From the NCBI RefSeq assembly GCF_963853765.1, contig NC_088858.1, forward strand, positions 1,054,001 to 1,118,000: DNA of 64,000 bases, given 5' to 3'. The stretch comes from Magallana gigas. Lineage: Eukaryota. The translations under genes and the position numbers were made by a program. The notes under the pieces were generated by a model. The model saw only the letters and a list, made by a program, of their open reading frames with translations, made no database searches and was not told the DNA's origin. Below, piece after piece: positions 38,821 to 49,580 of this stretch; position 1 is the first letter of the stretch; every line of letters begins with the position of its first letter.

Positions 38821-39832
38821 CTTCCATCAACAGGTATCGCTTCAGCAATTCAGGCACAGGGTACGGAAGTCCCTCAATAGCCACGGGCACGGAACAGACA
38901 ATGTGCTGCCGGAATGAGACACGTGACAGGTGTCTCAGGGTGGGCGGGGTCTTCATCTGCTGGATCAGCCATTTGGCCAGGTGGGGACATGATCGGGAGA
39001 TGTGGTACACATTGGAAGTCTGATAAACCCAGCCTGCCGCTATTGCATACATTGTCAACTTGAAAAATGTCCTCATTCTCTTTCGTCGAGACTTCCAGTA
39101 ACATTCAAAGTAATAAAATAGGGAGCGAATTACAAAATCCAAATCTGTGGAAGGGGCCCATCGTAAAAGTTTTAAACTAAAATCAGACATGTTCATAAGG
39201 ATTGGATCCAGGGGGTCAACATAGATCGGTTGATGCCGATGCAGTATTTTGAGGAGAAGTTCGTGAAACAGAATTGAGTTGGAGCACTGCTGGGCCATAG
39301 TAATGAGCATGTGCAGAAATTTGTCATCCTGAAACTTGAATGCCGTCCTCACGGTGTACATCATGGCGTCCTTACAGATCGGTTCCGCATCAGCCTTCAT
39401 CAACAACTTGATGATTTCCCAGCAGATGGAATGTCTTGGTTCCAACCGATTGTCAAAGGCAGTTATCAAAGCCACGTCAAATGCTGAGCAATTATTGACA
39501 TTAAGACAATTCTTGGAGCATGACTTTCCAGCCAGCAACACTTGGACACACTCAACATGGCTGAGTTTCACTGCTATAATCAGGGCTGTTTCTTTCTTCT
39601 CATTTAATTCCACATTGACATCCACATTTGTATTGTTAATGAACTTTTCTAGTTCTTTGTAATCATTATTTGTGATCAGATTGTCCAGTAGGAGGGCATC
39701 AGAAGGCTGGCCGGAGTTGTCTTCCAATGGATCCTCGTCCCCCTCCAGGTGGGGCTCCGTTAGGTTGGGCATGCAGTGCGTGGGCCAGAGGCTGTGACCT
39801 TTGACATTGTTATTGCCCATGCTCCAGCCCAT
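38765..39832 (-). CDS. Ankyrin repeat and SOCS box protein (ASB-like), single coding exon
   Basis: Ankyrin-like KETALIIAVKLSHVECVQVLLAG and SOCS box PPTLRHLSRVSFRQHI...LPYPVPELLKRYLL. Acceptor ggtttcag| at 39836; in-frame ATGs at 39832 and 39820. Confidence 0.85.
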   Translation of the reverse strand: MGWSMGNNNVKGHSLWPTHCMPNLTEPHLEGDEDPLEDNSGQPSDALLLDNLITNNDYKELEKFINNTNVDVNVELNEKKETALIIAVKLSHVECVQVLLAGKSCSKNCLNVNNCSAFDVALITAFDNRLEPRHSICWEIIKLLMKADAEPICKDAMMYTVRTAFKFQDDKFLHMLITMAQQCSNSILFHELLLKILHRHQPIYVDPLDPILMNMSDFSLKLLRWAPSTDLDFVIRSLFYYFECYWKSRRKRMRTFFKLTMYAIAAGWVYQTSNVYHISRSCPHLAKWLIQQMKTPPTLRHLSRVSFRQHIVCSVPVAIEGLPYPVPELLKRYLLMEDVDALCSLANVNINHVSF

Positions 39833-40695
39833 CCATCTGAAACCAGAGAACAATACAACTTCAAAAACTTACAATTCTATGAATGTTTACTTTACTTGCA
39901 CTTTTACAGTATATATTAATACAGTGAGTTGCTGTTGCCTGATTTGGCCATGGAATAACATTGAGTTTACTACAAAATACACATTCTGAGGCAAATTTAA
40001 CATGGCAAACAATAACGACAATTCATGCAAAAATAGAAAATTCACTCCTCAATTTAAATCAGGTCAAATGCTTCATAAATGTTTGTTTTATTTATTATCA
40101 TGATTCACATTTTACCAATTGTACTTGGAACAGTATGATGCTTTCTGTTTGACACTGAGAATTATGTCTTAGTGTGAGTAGATAAATGAAATGAACAAAC
40201 TTCAATTGGTACATCACCAGACCAGTATAAAACATAGCTTACATCAGTTAAGATGTGAGTTAAATCAGTGGGGCTGGGATTTCCTGTTTCTCTTGATATC
40301 TGATTGTGCCTATAAATAAATTTAAAAATCAGAACACATTAACATTAATCTTCATCTTATTTTCACATAAATCTGTAGAAAAACTTCAATGAAGACTAAA
40401 AGTTTTTACACTTTAATCATGGAATAATTATTTACCATTAAACAATGTTCTTCAACATGCCCCCAGGATCAAAACATTTGTCTCTTCTTTTTAATTTGCA
40501 CCAATATTTTGGCTGTTAAATGGTTGATTACCAAAGGATATTCATCTACAAAGCCATTCATCTACTTAAGAATTAATTAAGATCAAGTTTGCCACAAGTA
40601 CTTGTCAATGAAACCAATCTTGCGAAGTAATTTTTTGTACTTGATTAAATTTTGTTAGGAGACCAGCATGGGGGGAGTTAGGACAACCATGGACA

Positions 40696-41036
40696 TAGAA
40701 CCGTTTTAACGAGAGCTTGGACTTTGGGCAGAATGTGATAAACTCCGATTTGATGAAGGTGGGATCTACTAATAGTTAACTGTCCAGCCATTGGCTAATA
40801 GATATGCATACATTGAACGCAATGACTCTCATCTGACTTCATCCAGGGATGTATATTTTGCTGAAACAGGATCAGTTTCACATAGCAGAGCACCGGTTTT
40901 GACATTCTATGAATATTAATGAGGTTCTCTTAGAGAATAAGAAGAAAGGAGGTCAATGTTTGACAGATTGTTTTGATGAGCAAACTAAAACATAAACATT
41001 CTACCGAAAGTCCAAGCTCTTGTTAAAACGGTTCTA
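40696..41036. mobile_element. MITE with 30-bp TIRs
   Basis: tagaaccgttttaacgagagcttggacttt ... aaagtccaagctcttgttaaaacggttcta (one mismatch). Confidence 0.85.
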
Positions 41037-41462
41037 TATACTATACATCCTTGGGACAACTACCATTTGAGGTTTTTGTTTTTGGCCTTTTGTTGTTATA
41101 AAAATTGTTTACTTTAAGTGATTGAGAGATTTGTCACAGTGTTATGCATGTGGTGGGATATAATACCAAAAAGAAAAAAATATACAAGTTATATTATGAC
41201 CATGATGTATAAAACTGATTAAATCAGATTTTATAAGCTATACAAGAAAATGTAGCCCATAACAATCTGAATGTTCTTCACTAGGGTACAAGGTGTTTGA
41301 CCATGATATATGAATTAATTACACTTGAAAAAATGAGGGTCTTCAATTTGTTTAACATAATACATCAGATCTCAAAGCTATGTAAGAAAATTTACAACCG
41401 TGTATTTTAGCTTATGTCAATGCACGGCTTGAATGGCAACTTTATCTAAGCGTTTACAGTCC

Positions 41463-42212
41463 ATGGTGGAATATTTCTGCCCCTTGTGTGCAAGTTATTT
41501 TTCTATCAAATATGTTGACATGCAAGATAATTATGTCAACATACAACATAACTGTTGACGTGCAAGAAAATTGCAATCAGATACGAATTATACAAAATAT
41601 CAAAAAATCTCAAAAATCACCCACCTGTGACATCCAAGATGCTACCTTTTTTATGTCGACATGCAACTTATTTATGTAAACATGCAAGATAAATATGCTG
41701 ACATTCAACGTATTTATGTCAACATGCAGCTTATTTATGTTGACATGCAACTTATTTATGTCAACATGCAACTTACTTATGTTGACATGCGAGATAAATA
41801 TGTTGAAATGCAACTTAGTTATGTTTATGTGCGAGATAAATATGTCGACATGCAACTTATAAGCTGCATGTTGACATAAATATGTTGAAGGTCACCATAT
41901 TTATCCTGCATGTTTACATAACTAAGCTGCATGTCGACATAGAGAAGTTGCATGTCGACATAAAGAAATTGCATGTTAACATAAATAAGTTGCATGTAGA
42001 CATCAATAGCATATCTAGCATCTTGGATGTCACACGTTGGCGATTTTTGGAGATTATTTTGTAACTCTTATATGATTGCAGTTTTCTTGCATGTCAACAT
42101 AGTTATGTTGCATTTTGACATAACTATTTTGCATGTCAACATCTTTATCCTGCATGTCGACATAATTAATAGAAAAATAACTTGCACACAAGGAGCAGAG
42201 ATATGCCTCCAT
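41463..42212. mobile_element. Foldback-type MITE with mirror ~21-bp arrays
   Basis: TIR atggtggaatatttctgccccttgtgtgcaagttatttttctat and its inverse; internal atttatgttgacatgcaactt units in both orientations. Confidence 0.88.
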
Positions 42213-42408
42213 AACTTTACCTACAGAAAAATGTAAACAGACAAGTCCGCATTCTTACACACATAATTTAGTTCTTGCATTTGCACGATGCAAATATCAC
42301 AAACATATTTTGAATCTAGAGTATACTAAAAGACATGAAATGAAAAACTGCTGCAATAAAATTTCTACAATATTGCAAAAAGTTTTGTTTTGACATATGT
42401 GTGTTTAC

Positions 42409-42702
42409 CTGACAGATGGTGGGGATTATTTGGAGAACCAGTTTACGATGTGACGAAAAAATTCCGGATTCAATAAACTCAGATGGGGAAAAAAGGTTTG
42501 GGAAAAAAATCATTTTTTTCATGAATTCCAAATCAAATTAATCATATCTTTAACCAGGGATGTATATACCATAGTATCATATCATAGTATACGTCCCTGC
42601 TTTAACGTGAAAGATAATTTGAAATTCATGTACGAGTTATCAAAACAGATGATAAAATTGAACTTCCGGTAAAAACGTAAAAATCAATTAAATTCAGAGA
42701 AA
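42409..42702. promoter_or_regulatory. Candidate bidirectional promoter between the ASB-like gene and ARL14EP
   Basis: ETS/GABP-type acttccgg at 42662; minus-strand donor cag|gtaaac at 42409; ARL14EP ATG at 42703. Confidence 0.4.
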
Positions 42703-42807
42703 ATGGAAGAAGAAGATGCAAGAAGGTTGCGATCGAATGCGTTCTCTAGAAAGTCTACAGATGATGAGAATTCCAACTCGAACGATGGAAGACACGAAGA
42801 ATCATCG
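42703..42807 (+). CDS. ARL14EP: ARL14 effector protein, exon 1
   Basis: MEEEDARRLRSNAFSRKSTDDENSNSNDGRHEESS|gtaaaa, phase 0 to exon 2. Confidence 0.7.
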
Positions 42808-42928
42808 GTAAAAGTTTCTTTGTATTTGCATTAGTCTACAGAACTTCTCCATTTATAAAGTGTCGAGGAAATTCGAAAATTGTATACTCGTGTAGAAGGA
42901 ATGAGCATATACATATAATGAAAACATG

Positions 42929-43001
42929 TGGCTAGACCGGGAATCGAACCCAGGACCCCTGCAATTCTAGTCAGAAGCTTTACCACTGAACTACCCGGGC
43001 C
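42929..43001 (-). mobile_element. tRNA-derived repeat or tRNA pseudogene in ARL14EP intron 1
   Basis: A box tagttcagtgg and B box ggttcgattcc; the acceptor and anticodon stems are mispaired. Confidence 0.65.
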
Positions 43002-43467
43002 GATATCCACGGTCTATATCATATGTATATAGTGCCCCAACTAGTTTATATGTATACATGTATTATCTATCATACATATGCATATATCGAAATATGTATT
43101 GTTTATTTTGACTGCATTATTACTTTTATACCAGAGACTCATTAATTAATCTTTGGGGATGTCCGGCTTGTCTTCGAATATGGACCAACACCATCAATGA
43201 ATTGGACAGGTCTTCTTGTGTGGGAATTGCTATCTTTGCTAGACAAGAGGTTTTGGTTCCCCCAGCTTCCCATAAGCAATATTTTTTGTGAACAAATATG
43301 ATCTGTATCTTAATTTGAATATTATAGCTTTTTGTTGCCTTAGGAAGCGAAATAGCCAATATGCAAAGTATGTGAATTTGAATCATATGAGTTTGTGTTG
43401 GTAATTTGACTCCTTTAATAGCATAATTTGTGTACCATTAAGTTTTCCTTCCCATTTATTCTTGCAG

Positions 43468-43583
43468 AGTAAACACTTGAGAATGTTACAATTTAAAAAT
43501 CCAGGAAAATTCATGGAAGATTTTGATCCAGAAAGAAGTGCTCGGGAGATGAGGAAGATGAATAGACGTATCTACAGAGAAAA
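43468..43583 (+). CDS. ARL14EP: ARL14 effector protein, exon 2
   Basis: cttgcag|SKHLRMLQFKNPGKFMEDFDPERSAREMRKMNRRIYRE|gtacgt. Confidence 0.85.
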
Positions 43584-43828
43584 GTACGTCATTTACTGGT
43601 TACCACAGAGATTCAATTTTCTTTTTATTTTATTTTGGAAATTTAAAGTATATTTTAATGACTTATCATGAACTCTATTCCTCATGTATGATTTTTGACA
43701 TCTGCAATAAGATAAAGTTTTAGCCTAACACCAGGGACTTTGATTTTGAATCTTATTAACATAATTTAAATATTTGATCAACTTATAGTTCACGTTTTTA
43801 ATAAGGAGAATGAAAGCGATTTCCCTGC

Positions 43829-43962
43829 AAGTGTGAATTTGTTATAAGCGTATTTACTGTATCAGGGTTTTACTGTATGCAGTGATGTGATAACTAAGTG
43901 TGAATTTGTTATAAACGTATTTGCTGTATCAGGGTTTTACTGTATGCAGTGATGTGATAACT
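43829..43962. repeat. 67-bp tandem duplication in ARL14EP intron 2
   Basis: aagtgtgaatttgttataa...gatgtgataact occurs twice. Confidence 0.9.
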
Positions 43963-43987
43963 AAGTGGAGGTTGCTGTTTTCTTCAG

Positions 43988-44225
43988 CATCAAGAAGAAC
44001 CAGGTGTATGATGAGAACGGGATCCTGTTGGACAACAGCCAGGACCTGTGTGACTGCCTGGACCTGTCCTGTAAGGGCTGCCACTTCCCGTGCCCCAAAT
44101 GTGGCTCCCAAAAGTGTGGCGCTGAGTGTCGATGTGGCAGGAAGTGGATCTACGAACATGTGGAAGTTGAAGGGACAAATCTGATACTGAAATGGCCGCA
44201 GCTTGAAAATCAGAACAAGTGGTGA
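43988..44225 (+). CDS. ARL14EP: ARL14 effector protein, exon 3 (Cys-rich ARF7EP C-terminal domain)
   Basis: YDENG...DLCDCLDLSCKGCHFPCPKCGSQKCGAECRCGRKWIYEHVEVEG matches the recalled ARL14EP Cys pattern. Confidence 0.9.
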
Positions 44226-44997
44226 TGTACACAAAGCTCTGAACCTCAAGTCAAAATGGCAGCTAGAAGGACGCAAAGAAAGCTGGCGCTCTTTGAAATG
44301 GCTCACAAATTGAAGATCTGTTGAGAGGAATTTTATCTACAGAGGAGTACAAGAATCACTTTAAGGTAGATGCCTGATGTGAATTTTCATGCATTTGTTT
44401 TTGTGAACAATGTATTTCAAAATGGCCACTGGTTGTACAATGTCTGTAACATTTGAAGCATTCTTCAATACAATCATAAATCAACATCATGTTGTTTGTT
44501 ATCAATTTGTTTATTGATTATTTTTTACATGAGTTACAAAAAATAAGAACAAATTCACATACATTAAACCGGAATGTCAGTCATTTTTAAGATAAGTATA
44601 ATTATATGAAGAAAATCTTTAGTACATGTACATTTATTTAAAAGTAAAGTATATCATACAAAATATAACTGAGTACATGAACAACCTCTTTGTTGAAAAC
44701 AGCATAAATTAATGTCTTGCAAAGCAAGACTTGTTATCCAGCTTTTTTCCACTTCAATGACAATTGCTGTATTGAAACAATTGGACTGTATTATCTCTTT
44801 TATTAACAATGGCTGCTCTATAAGATATTACTTAAGTGACCAAGACTACAGCTGAAGAACCAAATAATAAAACATTCACTAAGATCAACACAACATATAC
44901 TTCAAACAGTAGAGATCTATTATAACACATAAAGCTTCAAACAGTGGAGAACTAAAACATAAAACCTTGCATTGATACATGTCTGTATGTGAGCATT

Positions 44998-45104
44998 CTA
45001 GAATATTTTTATCAAAACGGCAGCACAGAGGAATGTAGTCAAGGAAACGGCCACTGTCCATGATGCATCATTGTGTGGGTTGCTTCCGTGGTCATCTGGC
45101 ACTA
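44998..45104 (-). CDS. GPI-type micro-protein, last exon (VPDDHGSNPHNDASWTVAVSLTTFLCAAVLIKIF*)
   Basis: Acceptor ttttcaatcag|, phase 1, GC-richer than flanks, small-residue stretch followed by a hydrophobic C-terminus; AATAAA downstream near 44509. Confidence 0.75.
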
Positions 45105-45735
45105 CTGATTGAAAACAAAACTCTGTCAATTTATATTGCTCCATCTTTTATGTATTGTGTAAATGTTTGGGGATTAAGTTAGGAATCTGATTAAAAGCAA
45201 TACTTTATAAGAATTCAGAAATTAAGTTCTATAGTTACACGTATACATGGTGTGCATGCAGATTTAAAATTAGTAATATTCTGGCCCTCAAGAAATAGAA
45301 TGGTTGAAAATTTTGAATGAAATTTAGATTGAAATAATTATGAAGTTTGTGATTGTTATTTGTTTGGATTCTATCTTGTGGTTCTTTCGATGTGTAGTTC
45401 GATGTGTGTGCTACTCAGGTTAATGTGATATCTTCGATAGTTATATTAGATGTATATATATTTTAATTATGATAGGATAGATATAAAGTATATTGTTGTT
45501 TGAATGGATATTTTATAGATTTTTAAACCTGTGTTGTTACATTGTTTGGATGAATGCTATAGTTCTGGTTCTGTGCCATCTGGTTGATTGACGTCTGTTT
45601 AATTTGGTGTTTGCTTTTGCTTTCTAATTGTTTAGCTGTATGCTTACTGTGCTATTTTCTTTGCTGTCTAGTGGGTGTGTGCTATCTTCTTTGCTGTGTA
45701 GCTAATAATGCAGGTTGGATGTGTGCATCTAGTTT

Positions 45736-45828
45736 GTGCTGCTACTTACTTGTTGTTTGGTTGGATGTGCTGCTACTTACTTGTTGTTTGGTTGGATGTG
45801 CTGCTACTTACTTGTTGTTTGGTTGGAT
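45736..45828. repeat. 31-bp tandem repeat x3, each copy containing a splice donor
   Basis: gtgctgctacttacttgttgtttggttggat x3; the minus strand reads caa|gtaagt in each unit. Confidence 0.95.
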
Positions 45829-45911
45829 GTGCTGTTGTTGTTGGCTTCCACATTTGAGATGAACATGAACAAGACCACAAACAGCAAAGTTTGACCTCTG
45901 AACTCCATCAT
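45812..45911 (-). CDS. GPI-type micro-protein, first coding exon (MMEFRGQTLLFVVLFMFISNVEA NNNSTSNQTT)
   Basis: Signal-peptide-like N-terminus ending VEA, then the donor a|gtaagt in phase 1, matching the 45104 acceptor. Confidence 0.78.
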
Positions 45912-45940
45912 TTACAGCAGTGGCGTCCTCTGCAGTCAGT

Positions 45941-46095
45941 TTAGAAAGCGAAGATAACCTAAAGTGTCAAAGGTTAGAAAGCTAAGATAGCCTAAAGTGT
46001 CAAAGGTTAGAAACTAAGATACATTTAACTTATAAAAGTGTCAAACTTAAGAAAGCTAAGTTTAGAAAGCTAAGATAACCTAAAGTGTCAAGATA
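45941..46095. repeat. 33-bp degenerate tandem repeat, about 4 copies
   Basis: ttagaaagctaagataacctaaagtgtcaaagg-like units at 45941, 45974, 46007 and 46062. Confidence 0.85.
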
Positions 46096-47049
46096 AATAA
46101 AATTTGAAAGTCAGGGTCAGCGAACGACATACCCTTCATTACACACTGTAAAGTTTTTTATCTACATTTTTCGGAAGAGATCATATAGGATATTTACAAA
46201 GTACTTAGTAATTTTCACGATTACGAGTACACTGTGTTCAGTGTGATCGAGATGTATTGTCTCTCTTGACAAGTTGTGTTAATCATATGAACGGGAAAAA
46301 AGTGACTAACATTTTTCTACAGGTTTATAATTGGCTCTACCGTGAGAAAAAAACATAGTTTGGTTTTTTATTAATATGAAAAAAAACAAGAAAAATCTAC
46401 ATAAACCTGCATCTTATAGATATGTTATAGCTCCAATTAATTATATGCACTGAACAACAGCTAACTGCTTCGGGGTACATGTACATCTTTTAAGAGTAAA
46501 GTTAGATAACTATCTACAATTCCAGTTTTCAATAAAGTATATCAACTTTAGAGAAGTACGTGAACTGATTTGAGATGGGAGAAGTTCGTAATAAATCTTT
46601 AAAGATATAAGATCTTTTGAAAAGATTTAATAAATTAATTCAATGTAAATTACAAAAAGCCCAAATAATGAATGAAAAATTCATACCGTCTTTGTAGAAG
46701 AATAAGATTCCGTGTCAACTCTACAAACATCAAGAGAATCTGAGGGGAATTGTGATAATAGGGGGATAAATAGGTGTTCTTTACTTAGTGTTAATTTGTG
46801 AAGAAACCGGCTGTTAGCAGCTGCAGCCTAAACAGATCCCTGTATTTACGTGAGTTATGTCCTCACGGCGTGGATTGTGTGGGGGCGTGTTCGATTGATT
46901 CCCGCTATTTTTTCTTTTGAATCTACCCCAAAAATAGAATTTAAAAATGACATAATAACCACGATTAATTTAATATCACAAAATAACTGGAAAATATGAA
47001 GCATGTATGTGTTGTTTTTTGATATTTGTCAATTATTTGTATTGCTTCA

Positions 47050-49580
47050 TACATTTTTTTCAAAACAAGCTTACAAAGAAAAAATTACCTCTCAAGTGTT
47101 AGATAAAACAATCCCTCCTGGAAGATGGTGGCGAATAGTTAAATCAATTACTAAATTTTCTAAAAAAACAAACTAAATCCCCTCCAATTAAATCTAATGG
47201 TAGAATTTTTATTCATCCGATTGACAAAGCTAATATACTCAATAATTATTTTGCAAATATTTCACGAGTTGATGATAGTTCAGAACCCCTTTTACCCCCC
47301 CCCCCCCCCAGGGACCTGGTCCCCCATTTTCTATGAACATATTTTGCATCACTGACCAGGATGTTGAAGATCAACTAAGAAATATAAATCCATCTAAACC
47401 TCCAGGACCCCATGATATTTCTCCACATATACTTAAAAATATTATCCCTTCCATTATTAAACCCCTTACAAAATTGTTCAAGTCATCATTAAGTAATAAA
47501 CAACTCCCTCATGTGTGGAAGATTTCTAATATCACACCAGTTTACAAAAACAAAGGTAACCCTGAAGAGCCAGGAAATTATAGACCAATCGCTCTAACTA
47601 GTATTTTATGCAAAATTATGGAAAAAATCATTTTTAAATACCTCTACAACTACATGTTAGAGCATAATCTTTTATCTAAAAACCAATCGGGTTTTCAACC
47701 TAGAGATTCTACTGTGAATCAACTTTTGGAAATATATAATACTATTATTAGCAATCTAGACCAAGGAAAAGATGTTAGATTTATATTTTGTGATATTTCA
47801 AAAGCATTTGATAAGGTCTGGCACAAGGGATTATTATATAAGCTAAAACAAAATGGTATCTATGGGAACATTTTAGATTGGATTGAAAATTATCTTACTG
47901 ACCGCGAACAAAAAGAATTGTTAGATGGATATCCCTCTACTAAACAATGTATAAATGCTGGTGTTCCCCAGGGCTCTGTACTTGGTCCATTTCTTTTTTT
48001 GGTATATATTAATGATATCACTCTTAATCTTGAAAATCAAATTCGGTTATTTGCAGATGATACTTCTCTCTTTGTAATTGTAGACTCTGATACAATAGGA
48101 CCTGCAATATCTTTAACAAATGACCTAGAAAAAATTAAAAAATGGTCAACACAATGGCTGGTGGAGTTTAACCCTAACAAAACTGTAAATGTTAACTTCA
48201 CTCGGTCAGATAAATCACATCCAGATATCTCCTTTGGTCATACAATAAACTATATAGACTGTAAGCAAAATCACTGTCATCTCGGACTAACTCTCCAATC
48301 AAATGCTTGTTGGTCTGAACATATTACAAACATTTTTGATAAAGCATGTCAACGTTTAAATGTTCTTCGTACTCTTAAATATAAATTAAACAGGGAGTCT
48401 TTAACTAAAATTTACATTTCCTTTATTCGTCCTATTTTAGAGTATGGTGATGTAGTATGGGATAATTGTACACAAGAACAGAGCAATCTTTTAGAAAGTG
48501 TACAAATAGAGGCTGAGCGCATCATTACAGGACTGAGGCGCACCTCCTCAAGACAAAACTTATATAATGAATTAGGGTGGGAAACGTTAAGCGATAGAAG
48601 GAAAAAACGCAAAGTTACACTCATGTATAAAATACTTAACAATTATACACCCAAATATTTGTATGATATGGTTGAACAGTGTCTCCCAGTCTCACACAAT
48701 TATTCATTACGTAATAATAATTTGTTTCACATTCCAATTACCAGAACTGTTGCATATTATAATAGTTTTTTTACCCTCAACAGTTAAATTATGGAACACT
48801 TTGCCAAACACTTTAAAATCTGCAACAAGTATAGCCAAATTTAAGCAAGGCGTGCAAAACAATAACCCTGTAGATAAAATAAAATCTAAATTATACAACC
48901 ATGGACAAAGAAATTTAAATATACTTCATTGCCAGTTAAGAAATTTTTCAAGTAACCTTAATGCAGACTTGTATAATCATAATTTAGTTGAATCATCAAA
49001 ATGTTTAAGATGTGGGTACTCCTATGAAGATTCATTTCATTTTTTTTCATTGTCAATTTTATAATTCTCAGAGAAACTCTCTGTTTAGATACATGAGTTA
49101 TGACATACCAATAGATATTAATATTTTATTACATGGTTATGATTGCTTATCTCTAGCAGAAAATATATCATTTTTTGACCAAGTTCATCAATTTATAAAA
49201 AACAGTAAAAGATTTTGAAATGTAAATTAACAATGAGTAACACTGTGTTAAATGTACTTTACATATACTAATTAATGAGCCTATTATACTATAACTAGTA
49301 CTATATATGTGTATATATATATATATATATCTATTTTCTCTTTTGTTCTTTTGTCTATCATTATATTGTTATTTATCTAAATCCTTTATTACTATATTCT
49401 TTATAAGTTAGTAAATGTCCATGTAAATCTTTGAAAAGTATATGATATTAGTATTATAAATATTTATACCTTGATCTCAGATGGAGAGAACTAATATAGG
49501 CTAGTGTTGCCTGCTGTTCAATCCAGATTCATTTATATACTTATATGTATATTTTTGAATAAAATATTTATTAAACTAAA
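47050..49580 (+). mobile_element. 5'-truncated CR1-group LINE (reverse transcriptase), frameshifted
   Basis: ORF 47333-48787 with KPPGPHDI, YRPIALTSILCKIME, DISKAFDKVWH, GVPQGSVLGPFLFLVYINDI and LFADD. The C-terminus continues in other frames, followed by a 3'UTR with aataaa. Confidence 0.93.

Noticed and set aside
41488-42236. ORFs with repeated KLHVDI / QLIYVNM peptides
   Set aside because: Translation of the 21-bp arrays of a foldback MITE.
42929-43001. Functional tRNA gene
   Set aside because: The acceptor and anticodon stems do not pair; treated as a tRNA-derived repeat, as is 5709-5775.
45584-45862. 92-aa Cys/Leu-rich plus-strand ORF
   Set aside because: Antisense read of the 31-bp repeat and the signal-peptide exon of the minus-strand micro-gene.
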